Notes: generated by a model from the letters alone, not told the origin. A stretch of 64,000 nt of DNA from Halorussus marinus (GCF_004765795.1 NZ_SBIV01000006.1:186001-250000); one strand, 5' to 3'; counted from the first letter of the stretch, positions 39,080 to 49,932 are shown. Program-made: numbers and translations.

Positions 39080-40836
39080 TGAGCACCGTTGACGAAGTCT
39101 ACGAGTACGGGCAGGACACCTTCAACGTCCCCGAACGCGGGGAGATCCGCATAGAAGGCTGTCCGTCGTCCATCGGGGACCAACTTCGTCGCGCGTCCTT
39201 CACACAGGAAAGTCCCGGCGTCTTCACGAAGAGCCAAGCAGCACTCGATGGCGAGCAAGAGTACGAGGTCGTCACGGTCACCGTAGACGGCGACCAAAAC
39301 GAAGTACTCCACGTTGAAGCGACAGACATCATCGGCGTCGTGAGTCTCACGCCGTCGTCGAAGGTACAGGTCGATCCAAAAATCGACTGGGAGCACATCT
39401 TCGACATGCTGCTGGCCGTCTACGACCAGAACCGTTCCATCGAGTATCACGGGATTCCGCTTCAGGACTTCCTCTCCGACGACATCCATCTCGACGACGT
39501 CTTCGTGGTGCTGGCGATCAACTACCTCGACGGGTTAGAAACGATTCACCGGCAGGGGTACATCCGCGACCTGGTGATCCGTCGGCTCGACAGTCTCGAT
39601 GGGCGTGGGGAGATCGACGTCGAACAAACGCTGTTGAACCACGGGCGTGGGACGTTGGAGCCACACTGGATCCGAAACGAGACCGAGTACGACAACGCTG
39701 CGAACTCGCTCCTCCATTACGCAGGGAAGACACTCCTTCGACTCTTCCGACAGAACTCCCACGAGAACGACCACCCTGCATACGATCGAATCTTCTCCGA
39801 AGTACACCGCGAAGTGGAGCGTCTGGAGAGTATGGGTGTCAGCAGCGGGTTGGATCGGATGGAAGAGTATCGACGCCTCTCGCTCAGCGACCTTCCGAAG
39901 CAGCGACGGTACTACCAGAAGGCGTTCGATGTCGCCAAGGCGGTGATGTCATCGTCGCTCGGCCAGCAACTCCGTGACGGCCCACGAGAGCTGGTCGTGG
40001 ACTACGTCCTGAATATGGAGTCGCTGTTCGAGCAATACTCCCAGGTCGTCATCGAGCGCGAACTCTCGTACATCAAGTCCTACGACCACCTCGGCGACCT
40101 CGACGACGTGACACCCGTCCGGTCACCATCGGTGAACCCGTTCGAGGGTGAAGGGCAAATATACCACGAACCGGACCACGCGCTACAGGAAGGTGACGAG
40201 ACACTGGCTGTACTGGATTCGAAATACTACGCAGAGGGTCACGATCCCGTGAAGGAATCGCCGTCCAGATCACGGCTCTTCAGTTACGCGTATCTGCTCC
40301 ACTCCGATCGACTCGCGTTCCTGTGTCCGCTTCTCGAACCGAAGCGTCGGCGAGTCACACAGACAGATGCCGAGCTGCAGATCGTTTCGCCCGAGCAGGA
40401 GTTTACGTTGAGTGGGTACGGCGACGTCGTCCACGACTATCTGCACGACGTACTCGTTCGCAAGTCTGCTGAACTCGAAGCCTTCCGGGCTGTCGCGGAA
40501 AACCGACTGTGTCTCGATGGCGTCGAAGAGACGGACCTGAGCGACGCGAAGTCGATGAGCGGTCCGTTCACGTTCAAGGATGCTCGGGATTTCTCCTTGC
40601 GTGTGCTCAAGGCTGCTGCCGACGAACACTCCTGGGAGGTCCGAAACCGGTACGACCTAGAGCAAGATGGCGACTGGACACGAGAGCAGATCGAAACGCG
40701 GTGTGAACAGCGCTACGAGCATACGACGACGTGCGTACCGGTGTTCTGTCGTGAACAGGGACAAGAGTGGATTGACCTCTACTTCCTAGGCGGAGGAGGA
40801 GACGTTGAGAAGGAAGGCCCATTGAAGCTTTTATAG
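39079..40836 (+). CDS. McrC-like PD-(D/E)xK nuclease subunit with C-terminal extension
   Basis: GVVSL...VDPKI, RGEID, NMESLFE, EPD...LDSKYY; TAATG overlap with mcrB. Confidence 0.85.
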   Translation: MSTVDEVYEYGQDTFNVPERGEIRIEGCPSSIGDQLRRASFTQESPGVFTKSQAALDGEQEYEVVTVTVDGDQNEVLHVEATDIIGVVSLTPSSKVQVDPKIDWEHIFDMLLAVYDQNRSIEYHGIPLQDFLSDDIHLDDVFVVLAINYLDGLETIHRQGYIRDLVIRRLDSLDGRGEIDVEQTLLNHGRGTLEPHWIRNETEYDNAANSLLHYAGKTLLRLFRQNSHENDHPAYDRIFSEVHREVERLESMGVSSGLDRMEEYRRLSLSDLPKQRRYYQKAFDVAKAVMSSSLGQQLRDGPRELVVDYVLNMESLFEQYSQVVIERELSYIKSYDHLGDLDDVTPVRSPSVNPFEGEGQIYHEPDHALQEGDETLAVLDSKYYAEGHDPVKESPSRSRLFSYAYLLHSDRLAFLCPLLEPKRRRVTQTDAELQIVSPEQEFTLSGYGDVVHDYLHDVLVRKSAELEAFRAVAENRLCLDGVEETDLSDAKSMSGPFTFKDARDFSLRVLKAAADEHSWEVRNRYDLEQDGDWTREQIETRCEQRYEHTTTCVPVFCREQGQEWIDLYFLGGGGDVEKEGPLKLL

Positions 40837-40843
40837 AGATAGT

Positions 40844-41482
40844 ATGTACCAAACACCGTACCGGTGGACGACCAACGAAGGAACGACACACGTCTTCTAC
40901 GACAATAATCTGCCTCCGAGCGAAGGATTCGGCTGGAATAGTCTCTGTGGTGAAGAGAGAATTCCCATTGAAGGAGAGCACTTCGAACTCCAAGAGGAGG
41001 TTACAGAGGAGTCGATAACGTGCGAACGTTGCCGTGACCAGCTCGGCAAATCGTACGTAGGTCTTGGTGACGATGATATCTCAGGTATGCGAAGTTGCTT
41101 GCTTAGAATTCGCCGGGATGGTGAGGGGGAACTCATCGGGGCTCGCCGTCTCTGTCAGGGGAGACCTCTCCACTATGAAATCTCGTTCGAGCCTACGTCA
41201 TTTACTGGTGACCTTCAGACAGAGATGGACGAGGTTTGCGAAGACTGCTGGCAGAACTACGTTGATCGCCAGTGGAGCGGCGATGTCGAAGGAGGAGAGC
41301 TTCAAGTCGAATGCTGGGTAGATGGTGAGAAAGAATCCTACTATGCAGCATCCGTTGAAGCAGTTAATACGGGCCCGAAAGCGAAGCTTCGACTGACCAG
41401 TGAGAACGGTCTCAAACAGGAACTTGCCAGAGAGGACATCGACTCAATCACACTAACGCCAGCACAAATCGTGGACTACTGA
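40844..41482 (+). CDS. Cys-rich hypothetical protein (two LC...CxxC units)
   Basis: H...SLCG...CERC; LCQ...CEDC; starts 7 nt after mcrC. Confidence 0.7.
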   Translation: MYQTPYRWTTNEGTTHVFYDNNLPPSEGFGWNSLCGEERIPIEGEHFELQEEVTEESITCERCRDQLGKSYVGLGDDDISGMRSCLLRIRRDGEGELIGARRLCQGRPLHYEISFEPTSFTGDLQTEMDEVCEDCWQNYVDRQWSGDVEGGELQVECWVDGEKESYYAASVEAVNTGPKAKLRLTSENGLKQELAREDIDSITLTPAQIVDY

Positions 41483-41542
41483 TTCCGTCAGTCGGTCAGT
41501 TTCTTCAGAGAGGCTATTGGTTCTGTGGTTCAGGGTTTCTGG

Positions 41543-41926
41543 TCAGAAGGGTGCCACGAGCCACTTGCCATCTTCTTTCCGTTCAAGTTGGGGGCCGAAA
41601 ACCTGCTGGAGAGAGTGAAGCCCGTCCTCGTACCGGAGATCGTACGTTTTTCCACTTCGATGGAACGAACCTTCGACGACGAACTGCACTGTCGGACTTT
41701 GGTACTCTAAATCGTTTGCGCGTCGATCCATTTCATGGGCCAACTCATTCGCCAGATCCTCATCAGCCAAGGCATCTGCGAGACCAACAACACTCACACT
41801 ATCCGGAACATCGTCTTCTTGGAGTCGCTGTACAAACTCTTCCACAGGAATCTGATGCTCGAAGGTCTCATACGCACCCTCGATAACAAGATTGTAGCGT
41901 CCGGGTATCTGTCCGGGGCCTGCCAT
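41543..41926 (-). CDS. Small acidic hypothetical protein, co-oriented with the DUF1156 gene
   Basis: MAGPGQIPGRYNLV..., 127 aa, haloarchaeal composition. Confidence 0.7.
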   Translation of the reverse strand: MAGPGQIPGRYNLVIEGAYETFEHQIPVEEFVQRLQEDDVPDSVSVVGLADALADEDLANELAHEMDRRANDLEYQSPTVQFVVEGSFHRSGKTYDLRYEDGLHSLQQVFGPQLERKEDGKWLVAPF

Positions 41927-41993
41927 TACGGATACAACGTCTCCGAAGGGACAAAAATGGATACGGTAGCGTGAGCTCACTCGTGGTCAGCGA

Positions 41994-42530
41994 TTAGTCC
42001 GAAGTGGTGAACTGTAACAAGGTGGACTGTTGTTCGCTTGTTCCTTGGTGGGTGGATCCATCCTGACAGTCGATTGTCGTCGCAGGAGTGATCGTGGGAT
42101 CGAGATCCTCTAGAAGATGGTGGCCATCCGGCGAATCAATCGTTGCGAGGCACTCGCTACAGACCAATACGAGATAGTAGTCATGGAAATCGAGCTGCCG
42201 GTCGGCAGAATCGCCACACCAGTGACACTCAGGAGTCGCCGCCCGGAATCGATCCAAGAGATCGTCTGAGTCCATCACCTGGGTAAGGAGGGTGGACAGA
42301 TTCGAGTGGTCCGATATATCAAGCTGAAGTATCGAAACGGGCTTCTCAATCACGGGCCGCAGGTTTTGCAACCACGTCGCTACACTGTCCCTGGTCGGAT
42401 CTGAACGTTGCTTGTCCATCTCTCTGGTCACATTCCGAAGGAGGGTATCTCGTTCATTCTGAGAGATCGGGAACGTGCAGTACGGTTGGATGGACTCCAC
42501 AAATATGACGCGATGATCAGTGTCACTCAT
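41994..42530 (-). CDS. Hypothetical protein with CxxC...CxxC zinc ribbon
   Basis: CHWC...CSEC; lower GC. Confidence 0.55.
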   Translation of the reverse strand: MSDTDHRVIFVESIQPYCTFPISQNERDTLLRNVTREMDKQRSDPTRDSVATWLQNLRPVIEKPVSILQLDISDHSNLSTLLTQVMDSDDLLDRFRAATPECHWCGDSADRQLDFHDYYLVLVCSECLATIDSPDGHHLLEDLDPTITPATTIDCQDGSTHQGTSEQQSTLLQFTTSD

Positions 42531-42922
42531 CACAACCACCACTCCTTACGCGCGAGAAAACGACTGATCGAGCTCTTCGATTCAGAAGGCGGGCAGAGTC
42601 AATTCTTGACCACATTCGCGGACGGCCCGCCGTTGCGAGGTGTTGTTTTGCTACCATTCTGGGAATGGGTCAAATAACCAGGTGCGTAAAAACCTCTGCC
42701 CAGAGAACACCATGGTATCGCCCCAATAGCGCCTATATGGCCAGTATTCGGATTGAAAGACCGGGGAGTAGACTCACAGCACGACCATATCGCCGACTCG
42801 CCATAGACAGACCGTAGGGGGATGGGCTACCGCAAGCAACGGAGGCACTCTCAGCAAGAGTCTCGAAATGGATTGTCGAAAATCGCCACCTGGAGTTGTC
42901 TTCGCGTTCAGCTTCGGGGTTC

Positions 42923-45589
42923 CTATTCGCCGTAGCTCGTGATGTCCCGATCCCCGAGCACGCGCGTGTACGTGTCGTCGCCGGTCACGTCGGCGAGCCG
43001 GCCGGCGAGTTCGCGCAGGTCGTCATCGACGTCCCACTTTTCGACGTAGTTCTGGACCGCCTGCCCCTTCTCGTAGCGATACCGCAGGAACTGGAGCTTA
43101 TCGAGGTTCGAGAGGTGGTCGCCGCCGTCGCCGTTGACGCGCTCCTGGATGTAGGCCCGACGTTTCTCATTGTCCCACGTTCCGAGTTCGAAGCCGTCGT
43201 CCTGGTTGTAAAGGCACGTCTCTTTGAGGTCGTCTGGGGAAGCGTTAGTCCCGCGACAGAGCTTGTTGACGTCATCAAAGGAGGGATTCGACGTGTCGAG
43301 CAGGTCGATGAACACGTCCTCGACGCCGATGTCGCTGGCCTCTTGGATGATGCCGTAGATCTCCTGGACGACTTCCTTCGCGCTCATGATCTCGCCGTCG
43401 CGCTGCACCTTCCCATGGTGTTTCGAGTACTCGCGGAAACACGCGCCCATCTCCATCACACCGATGTCGCCGCGCGAGAGATCACGGTTCTCTTCGAGTT
43501 GCTGGCGGGTACGGCGGGCGGTGCGGTAGATGTCACGACGGAGTGAGTTCCACGAAGCTGATCTGGTCTCACTCAGGGGGCGTGCGACCACAACAATGTC
43601 GAAGGAGACTGCTTCACCGGTGATGAATTTGTTAATGTCCGCACTGATGGGGTACGTCGCAGTTACTTCGAACCCAACGTCACATAGTGATTCCAGTAGT
43701 TCCCCCCACGACTCGGAGTCGGAATGATGGTACGTGAACGTGAGTGACCCGTCATCTTTGAGCGCTCGTTTGATTACCGAAAATGATTCTTCAAGCTCCG
43801 ATTCGAAATCCTCGGTGGTCTTGTCCAGGAATGGATTCGTGACGATGGATTCAGCGCGCGGGGTTTTTTCTTGGTCAAATCCAGGGTATTCGTCTTCAAG
43901 TAGAATCTTCTGCCAGACGTAAAAGTAGTCTGCCACCTCCGAATACATGATGTTGTCATAGTATGGAGGATCGGTAATGACAGCGTCAAACTCATTCTCA
44001 GCATCTATTTGGCGAGCATCACCGTAGAGGACTTCAGAATCTTCGCCAATTGGCTTGCTGAATGCCTCTGTTTCTACGGTCTCCCCATCCGATACATAAC
44101 GCTCTGTAGGTGCATTTCCGTATTTGACTCCACGTTTAATTAGGTCAAACATCGACTCAAATGTTCCCCGACCAAATTCGGCACCCCAAACATTACCTTC
44201 CGTAGGTTGGCTCGGTGGATCAAACGAATTCGATTTGAAGAGGTGCTGTATCTTATTGTAGGAGTGATCGTAGCCAGTATAGGAGTTGTTTGTGCAGAGT
44301 GTATTGCTGAACGCGAGAAGGAAATGCTCCCTAATGTTCTTATTTTCAATATCACCTATCCGCTTGAGAAGAGTGGATAGAGTAAGCAACTGCCTCTGGT
44401 TGAACATATCTGTCCACTCCTCATAACCGTGATCGAACACCGGATTACGTTCGGAGGTCATATGTCCCGGCGGAATTTCCTCATCTGGGACATATTCGTG
44501 GAGGTCTTCACTCTCTTCCCACTCACGCTTGGCCTCACGGAATAACTCGTGATCTACCTCTTCTGCTTGTTTGTACCCTTTGTGCTTGGATTTGGGCTCT
44601 CCGGCGTCGTCGCATTCTTCACAGTAGTACTCAAGAGCATAGAGTCGAAGATCGTACCCGCCCTGTTCCTGAATTGCGTCCGTGATTGCGTACTTCTGCC
44701 CACAGTCGGGACAGTTGTACTTCCCACCCCGTGAGACGTTCCCCTCTTTCGGTACGAAGCCATTCCCACAGTCGTTACAGACGCTCTCTGACTGCCAGTC
44801 GTCCACCAGCGTCACCGCGCCGCAGTCCGGACATAGGACATTGTACTTATCGTCGTTCTCGTAACGACCAGCAGCAACACGGTAATCCTTGAACAACGGA
44901 ACCGTGTTCCCGCAGGAGACGCAGTCCAACTCCTTCACCCAGAAGTTGTACATCACGTCGGCGTCGTGGTCGCCGTTCGGGCAGGACGTCTTGTAGTACT
45001 GCATAATCTCGTCGGCGACATCCTCTTTCACCTGCTCGAAGGATTTCTCAAGCTCTTCGACGTCAGTCTGGCCGGCTTCGAGTTCCTTCTTCGTGACGAA
45101 CCACGCAACAGGGTTCAGATCGTTGCCGACGACTTCAGCGCCGAACCGTGACGCCTCGACGAGTGACGTGCCGCCCCCCATAAACGGGTCGAGGATCTTC
45201 TTATCCTCAACGCGAACGTCCTTTGGGTAGAGCTCCCAGAGGCTCTCCGGATCAGTCATGTCCACGCGTTCGAGCAGCGACGCAACGTCGAGATCGGATT
45301 CACCGTCGGCGTCGTCGCCGTAGGACGCGAGCGTGCTGCCCTCGTGGCCAGGCTCGAACACCGAGACCTTCTCCGGGTCGTCCAGCAACGTGTAGAGCGA
45401 GATAGTGCGGAAAACACAGCCGAGGCGTCGCGCCCACCACTTGTGCATCGTGTAAATCGGGCGGTAGTGCATCTTCGCCCGGCCCTCTTTGGCGGCGATC
45501 TCGTTCACGCGCTCGATGGGGAACCCGCGTTCGATAGGGAGTTCGGTCCGCTCCTGCCGGCCCTGTGAAGATCCAGATTGTTCAGACAT
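42923..45589 (-). CDS. DUF1156-family N6-adenine DNA methyltransferase with Zn-ribbon insert
   Basis: HKWWARR, DPFMGGG (motif I), TDPPYY (motif IV), several CxxC. Confidence 0.9.
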   Translation of the reverse strand: MSEQSGSSQGRQERTELPIERGFPIERVNEIAAKEGRAKMHYRPIYTMHKWWARRLGCVFRTISLYTLLDDPEKVSVFEPGHEGSTLASYGDDADGESDLDVASLLERVDMTDPESLWELYPKDVRVEDKKILDPFMGGGTSLVEASRFGAEVVGNDLNPVAWFVTKKELEAGQTDVEELEKSFEQVKEDVADEIMQYYKTSCPNGDHDADVMYNFWVKELDCVSCGNTVPLFKDYRVAAGRYENDDKYNVLCPDCGAVTLVDDWQSESVCNDCGNGFVPKEGNVSRGGKYNCPDCGQKYAITDAIQEQGGYDLRLYALEYYCEECDDAGEPKSKHKGYKQAEEVDHELFREAKREWEESEDLHEYVPDEEIPPGHMTSERNPVFDHGYEEWTDMFNQRQLLTLSTLLKRIGDIENKNIREHFLLAFSNTLCTNNSYTGYDHSYNKIQHLFKSNSFDPPSQPTEGNVWGAEFGRGTFESMFDLIKRGVKYGNAPTERYVSDGETVETEAFSKPIGEDSEVLYGDARQIDAENEFDAVITDPPYYDNIMYSEVADYFYVWQKILLEDEYPGFDQEKTPRAESIVTNPFLDKTTEDFESELEESFSVIKRALKDDGSLTFTYHHSDSESWGELLESLCDVGFEVTATYPISADINKFITGEAVSFDIVVVARPLSETRSASWNSLRRDIYRTARRTRQQLEENRDLSRGDIGVMEMGACFREYSKHHGKVQRDGEIMSAKEVVQEIYGIIQEASDIGVEDVFIDLLDTSNPSFDDVNKLCRGTNASPDDLKETCLYNQDDGFELGTWDNEKRRAYIQERVNGDGGDHLSNLDKLQFLRYRYEKGQAVQNYVEKWDVDDDLRELAGRLADVTGDDTYTRVLGDRDITSYGE

Positions 45590-45710
45590 TATTCAGTATG
45601 TAGAAGCGATACGCCACGAGCCACATAAGTGTGCGTTCTTCGCAGTAACATCTCAGTGAAGCGAGCTTCGTTGGGTGTCTCGAAAGGAGACGGAACGTCG
45701 AAGAAGTTGC

Positions 45711-45992
45711 CTACTCGTCGTCAGAGACGAGCGTTTCGAGGTCAGTCACGTTCTGGATGGCGTCGGATGCCAGGTCGTCATGGCCTGTCTCAATGGCGAA
45801 GCCGGCCGCCTCAGTCATTGCTTGTACCATCTGTTCCACGAACATCGAGTCATCCGTGACGTACTCTCCAGCCACCTGTAGGGCTCGCCGGCTGTCTGTC
45901 AGCGGTATTCCGACCACGTCTTCGATCTTAGCGATTATCTCTAGCGATTCGTCGATCTTCTTCGCGCGGTTGATCGTTTTTTCTGTCTGCAT
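45711..45992 (-). CDS. Small helical hypothetical protein
   Basis: 93-aa ATG ORF, acidic. Confidence 0.55.
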   Translation of the reverse strand: MQTEKTINRAKKIDESLEIIAKIEDVVGIPLTDSRRALQVAGEYVTDDSMFVEQMVQAMTEAAGFAIETGHDDLASDAIQNVTDLETLVSDDE

Positions 45993-46501
45993 AGTGGATT
46001 GGACCCGAACAACTACAACCGCCACCCGGTTTTAAAGGTAAGCCCCGGAGAGGATGGGATTAGTTTGGTACTCGTTTCCCGAATCGCTACGGCCCGGCAA
46101 AGTGCTCAGAGATACATTGCTTTGCGGGATAAGACGACTGTGCGCTCCAGAAGAGGTGGACAAGAAGACACACAGAGTTCTGAAATCGTCCCTGTTTCTA
46201 ACAGTGGTGCGAAGCTGTTCGACGCTATATCTTGATGGGCTCTCAATGAATTGTCTGTGAATACACGACGGAGCGGAGGTTTGCCTCCAAAGCGTATCAA
46301 CGCGAGCCATGCCACGGATTCATTAGAGAATCGCACGATTGCTGAGCGTGGCAAGTGGCTCGCAGAGCAAGCGAGTGAGGGATGGCCCGCACCGGGTTCA
46401 GAGAACTGGGACAGGTAGAATCGCACCACCACCGTTTCCCACCGAACACTGAGTTAGGCGGCAATCGAACAGGCTATCCAGCGTGCTGAGGATGGTTCGA
46501 T

Positions 46502-46714
46502 ATGGCCGATTTGCTGGAAGTACGAGAAGATGGAGACTCCGTGATTTCTGGAACAGTAAGCAGAGATGAGCTTGAAGCGGAACTAACACCGCTGAACCCA
46601 CGCAGTTTGTTCGATAGACGACTGAAGACCGCTCTGAGGGATATGCTGGATGAGGCGGACGGTGACGAAATTGTCGTCGAAGCCTTAGTCAGAAACGCGG
46701 ACGCCGACCAGTAG
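46502..46714 (+). CDS. Small acidic protein or 3' remnant of a decayed gene
   Basis: 70-aa acidic ORF. Confidence 0.4.
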   Translation: MADLLEVREDGDSVISGTVSRDELEAELTPLNPRSLFDRRLKTALRDMLDEADGDEIVVEALVRNADADQ

Positions 46715-46725
46715 AAGAAGCGGAA

Positions 46726-49700
46726 CTACTTCTGGAAGGTAATCTCGATCTTCAGGCTTGACGCCTCCTCGGGCATCCGCTCGAACAGGTCCTGGACCTT
46801 CGTGTAGTCCTGTCCGGATCGCAGCGTCAGGCTGACTTGCGTCCGCTCGACGTCGGCGGTCCCCTGAAGAGCACCGGGAACACCCTCCCGGTCGGGCAGC
46901 ATGAACGTGACGTCGCCGTAATCGACACTTCCCGTCTGGTGGTTGTTCCGCCACTTGCTCCGCATCGCGGCGACGTCGTCGCCGTTGTACTCGAAGCGCC
47001 ACGTGGGAATCTCCGTGTCGGCCTTCCGGAACGGGTACCCGGGAACCCAGTCGGAGGCTTTCTCCGAGCCGGTCGTATTGACGACGTACTCGGGTTCTTC
47101 GTCCTTTCCGATGTTCTCCAGCAGGTACGTCCGCACCATGTACTCGGTAACACTGCTGTCGAACCGATCCGTGACCTTGTTCACCGTGAACTGGTCTCCC
47201 GGTTCTAAGTCCTCGATGTACTCCAGGATCTGGTCGCCGATCCGTTCGGGTACCGTCGGAACGATCTTTACCGTCGTCGGGTCGCGGTCGCCGAGCGATC
47301 CAAGATACCGACCGCCGGCTTCCAGAACGTAGTCGTCTACGAGGAATTCATTGACTGCTTCGCGGGCGACAGACTCGGTCTCGTCCGGCGGGAGGAACAC
47401 CGACTCCTCGGCACGGACCTCGCCGATAATTGTGTCGAGGTTCGCGTAGCCGTCGTCGTCGATGTGCGTCTCGATGCGGTCTACGAGGGACGATGCACCG
47501 ACAACCTCCGCGCCGCCGACGTCTCGGACCGTTGCGTCGGATTGTGGTTTATCGAGGATCTCGTTCCCTTTGACAATGACGTACTGCTCCTCACGAGCGA
47601 GCCGACCGATGGCCCGCATCACGACGTCGTGGCTGTCGCCGTCGATCCAGATCTCGCCGTCTTCGACGAGTTCCAGTTCGAAGTCACCGATATCGAGCGC
47701 GGTCGTTCCGCTCCCGAACCGCTGACGCAGTTCCTGTTCGACGTCATCGACGCCCCATACGTCCACATCGTCTTGCTGGACGAGGACGGTGTCCAGCGAA
47801 CTGCCGGAGAGGTCGTCGCGGAACCCACCAGTGTCACGGGCGAGCACCGGTTTGTCCGAGAGCGCTTTCACCGTCGCATTTAGCACGTCGTTCGCACTGC
47901 CGGGGATCGGAAGCTCCGGGTCGCGGAGGAATTGCTCGTAGATGTCCTCAACCGAGATCTCCCCGCGTCGCTCCAGAAGGTCCTCAGCGATAGCCCAGAC
48001 GTCCGACTGAAGGTCAAACGGATCGGCAGATGCTGAGTCCGCGATGTTCGACGCACTCAGCTCTGCCTCATCGTGAACGTAGACGTCGAGTTCCATCGGC
48101 GTCATCTGTCCCCAGTCGTTGAGCAGGTCGTTCCCGTCAAGCACCTCTCCGTACAGGAGCTGGAGTTCTTCGCGGAGTTCGTTTTCCTCCTGCTCCCGCA
48201 TACCCTTGATCGACGTCCGGATTTCGTCATCGAGAGATTCGTCGGCGAGGACCTGCCGTGCGCCCTCGATGTACCGCGCCTTATCGATGTACCGTGTCCC
48301 AGACTCGATGGCCTTGTCGCCCGAGGGTTGGACGAACACGAGGGTGTTACGCCACTCCCGGCCACGCCCATCGTTCGTGATGACTTTCTCGACCTCCTCG
48401 TTCGTCCACTGGTCGTCTTTCACGACGACCTTGACCTCGCGGTCGTCCGGGATGTCCCGCATATCGTTCGTCCGGAATCCGACCGGGTGTGCGTTCGACC
48501 CGAAGATATCGGTGATGAAATCCGCGACTTCAGCCTTCGCCGATGTCTCGGAGACGTCTACGGCCGCGTTTCGGATGAGCGCGTTCGGGTTCTGCCGGTC
48601 GCGGATCGCGTACTTTCCGTTCAGCTTGTGGAGATGCCACGCGACACCGTGGAGACGTTCGAGGTTGAGGACAACGTCTGAGACGAGATCGCCTGTCTGG
48701 TAGGCACCCATGACGATCTCCGAGACCTCCGCGCCCTCGCCCTCGCTCGGCTTCAGCGAGTACAGGAGGATCGTGTTCAGAATACGTCGGCCGTGGGGAA
48801 CATCGTCTTCATCGATGCGGCTTTTGATGTCGCCCGTCGCCGCGTTCAACCGCTCGTAGTTAATCTTCGCCAGTTCGTCCTCGAACTCGATAGCATCGAT
48901 ATCACCGTGCGTGATCAGATCCGTCTGATCCTGCATCTCCAGGAGAACCTTCGAGAAGAGGTAGATCATCCCTCGCGTGTTCTGGTTATCCTCGTCAGCG
49001 TAGTACCGCGTCTCAAGCGCGTCCAGAAGCACAGGGTGGAACGGATACAGATCGTGCATCTCCGACAGCAGATCATCGGGAATGGAGACGTGATCGGACT
49101 GGTCGTACGCGTCGTAGTACCCATTGACGATCTCGCGGGCGGCGTTCTCGTTCACTGAATCGATCAGGCGGTGACGAAGGACCTCGCGTTTGTCCACCTG
49201 ATTGTTCATGTTGACCTCAACCGCCTGTTCCCGGTTCAGGATGTCGTGGACCTCGGAGCCCTCTCGGAGTACCGAGACGATGGTGTATAGTTCGAGATCC
49301 GAGAGCGCGGTCGATTCAAGGAGCGACTGGAGGAAGGCTTTGTTTGCGCTCTTGCGGTCGCCCTGGAGTGTGTCGAACCAGTCTTCGAGTTCGTCCACGA
49401 AGAACGCGACCGTGTCGTCGCCGACGGCCTCCTGAATCGTCTGCATGTCGGGATATCCACCCGAGCTGTACGTTCCAGGGTCGTAATCGAGCGCTTCGAA
49501 GAACGGCTCCCAGAGGTACTCGTACTGCTCGTTCTGCATGGCGACCGTAATCGGCGTCGCCGATTCCGGGAGGGACGTCTCGAACCCTTCGACCGAGTCG
49601 CTTGCCCACGTCCCTGCTGCGTCGGGGTCGTCGAAGCAGTGGTACAGCGCCACCATCTGGTGGGACTTCCCACTGCCGTACGGACCGTAGAGGATGTGCG

Positions 49701-49932
49701 TCCCGCGCGGGTCATCGCCCGTGAGAGAATCGCGGAGAATCGAAATCGCCTCACGGAGCCCCTGGGTCATCAGGGTTCGCTCGAAGAAGAGTTCCGCGTC
49801 TGACTCGAACTCGTCATCGTCATCGACGTTGTAGAGCTTTACCTGACCGTCAATTTGCCCTTCTTCTCGAAGCTCACGGCTGAGGGTCACCGTGTCTTCG
49901 AGGGTATTCGACAGGGATCCAGACTGTGCCAT
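46726..49932 (-). CDS. DUF499-family AAA+ ATPase
   Basis: GPYGSGKSH Walker A, FFVDE Walker B, YPFHP, QNTRG. Confidence 0.85.
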   Translation of the reverse strand: MAQSGSLSNTLEDTVTLSRELREEGQIDGQVKLYNVDDDDEFESDAELFFERTLMTQGLREAISILRDSLTGDDPRGTHILYGPYGSGKSHQMVALYHCFDDPDAAGTWASDSVEGFETSLPESATPITVAMQNEQYEYLWEPFFEALDYDPGTYSSGGYPDMQTIQEAVGDDTVAFFVDELEDWFDTLQGDRKSANKAFLQSLLESTALSDLELYTIVSVLREGSEVHDILNREQAVEVNMNNQVDKREVLRHRLIDSVNENAAREIVNGYYDAYDQSDHVSIPDDLLSEMHDLYPFHPVLLDALETRYYADEDNQNTRGMIYLFSKVLLEMQDQTDLITHGDIDAIEFEDELAKINYERLNAATGDIKSRIDEDDVPHGRRILNTILLYSLKPSEGEGAEVSEIVMGAYQTGDLVSDVVLNLERLHGVAWHLHKLNGKYAIRDRQNPNALIRNAAVDVSETSAKAEVADFITDIFGSNAHPVGFRTNDMRDIPDDREVKVVVKDDQWTNEEVEKVITNDGRGREWRNTLVFVQPSGDKAIESGTRYIDKARYIEGARQVLADESLDDEIRTSIKGMREQEENELREELQLLYGEVLDGNDLLNDWGQMTPMELDVYVHDEAELSASNIADSASADPFDLQSDVWAIAEDLLERRGEISVEDIYEQFLRDPELPIPGSANDVLNATVKALSDKPVLARDTGGFRDDLSGSSLDTVLVQQDDVDVWGVDDVEQELRQRFGSGTTALDIGDFELELVEDGEIWIDGDSHDVVMRAIGRLAREEQYVIVKGNEILDKPQSDATVRDVGGAEVVGASSLVDRIETHIDDDGYANLDTIIGEVRAEESVFLPPDETESVAREAVNEFLVDDYVLEAGGRYLGSLGDRDPTTVKIVPTVPERIGDQILEYIEDLEPGDQFTVNKVTDRFDSSVTEYMVRTYLLENIGKDEEPEYVVNTTGSEKASDWVPGYPFRKADTEIPTWRFEYNGDDVAAMRSKWRNNHQTGSVDYGDVTFMLPDREGVPGALQGTADVERTQVSLTLRSGQDYTKVQDLFERMPEEASSLKIEITFQK

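Noticed and set aside
45999..46500. Possible pseudogene upstream of the 46502 ORF
   Set aside because: Stop-interrupted frames with no recognisable motif; cannot be supported without a homology search
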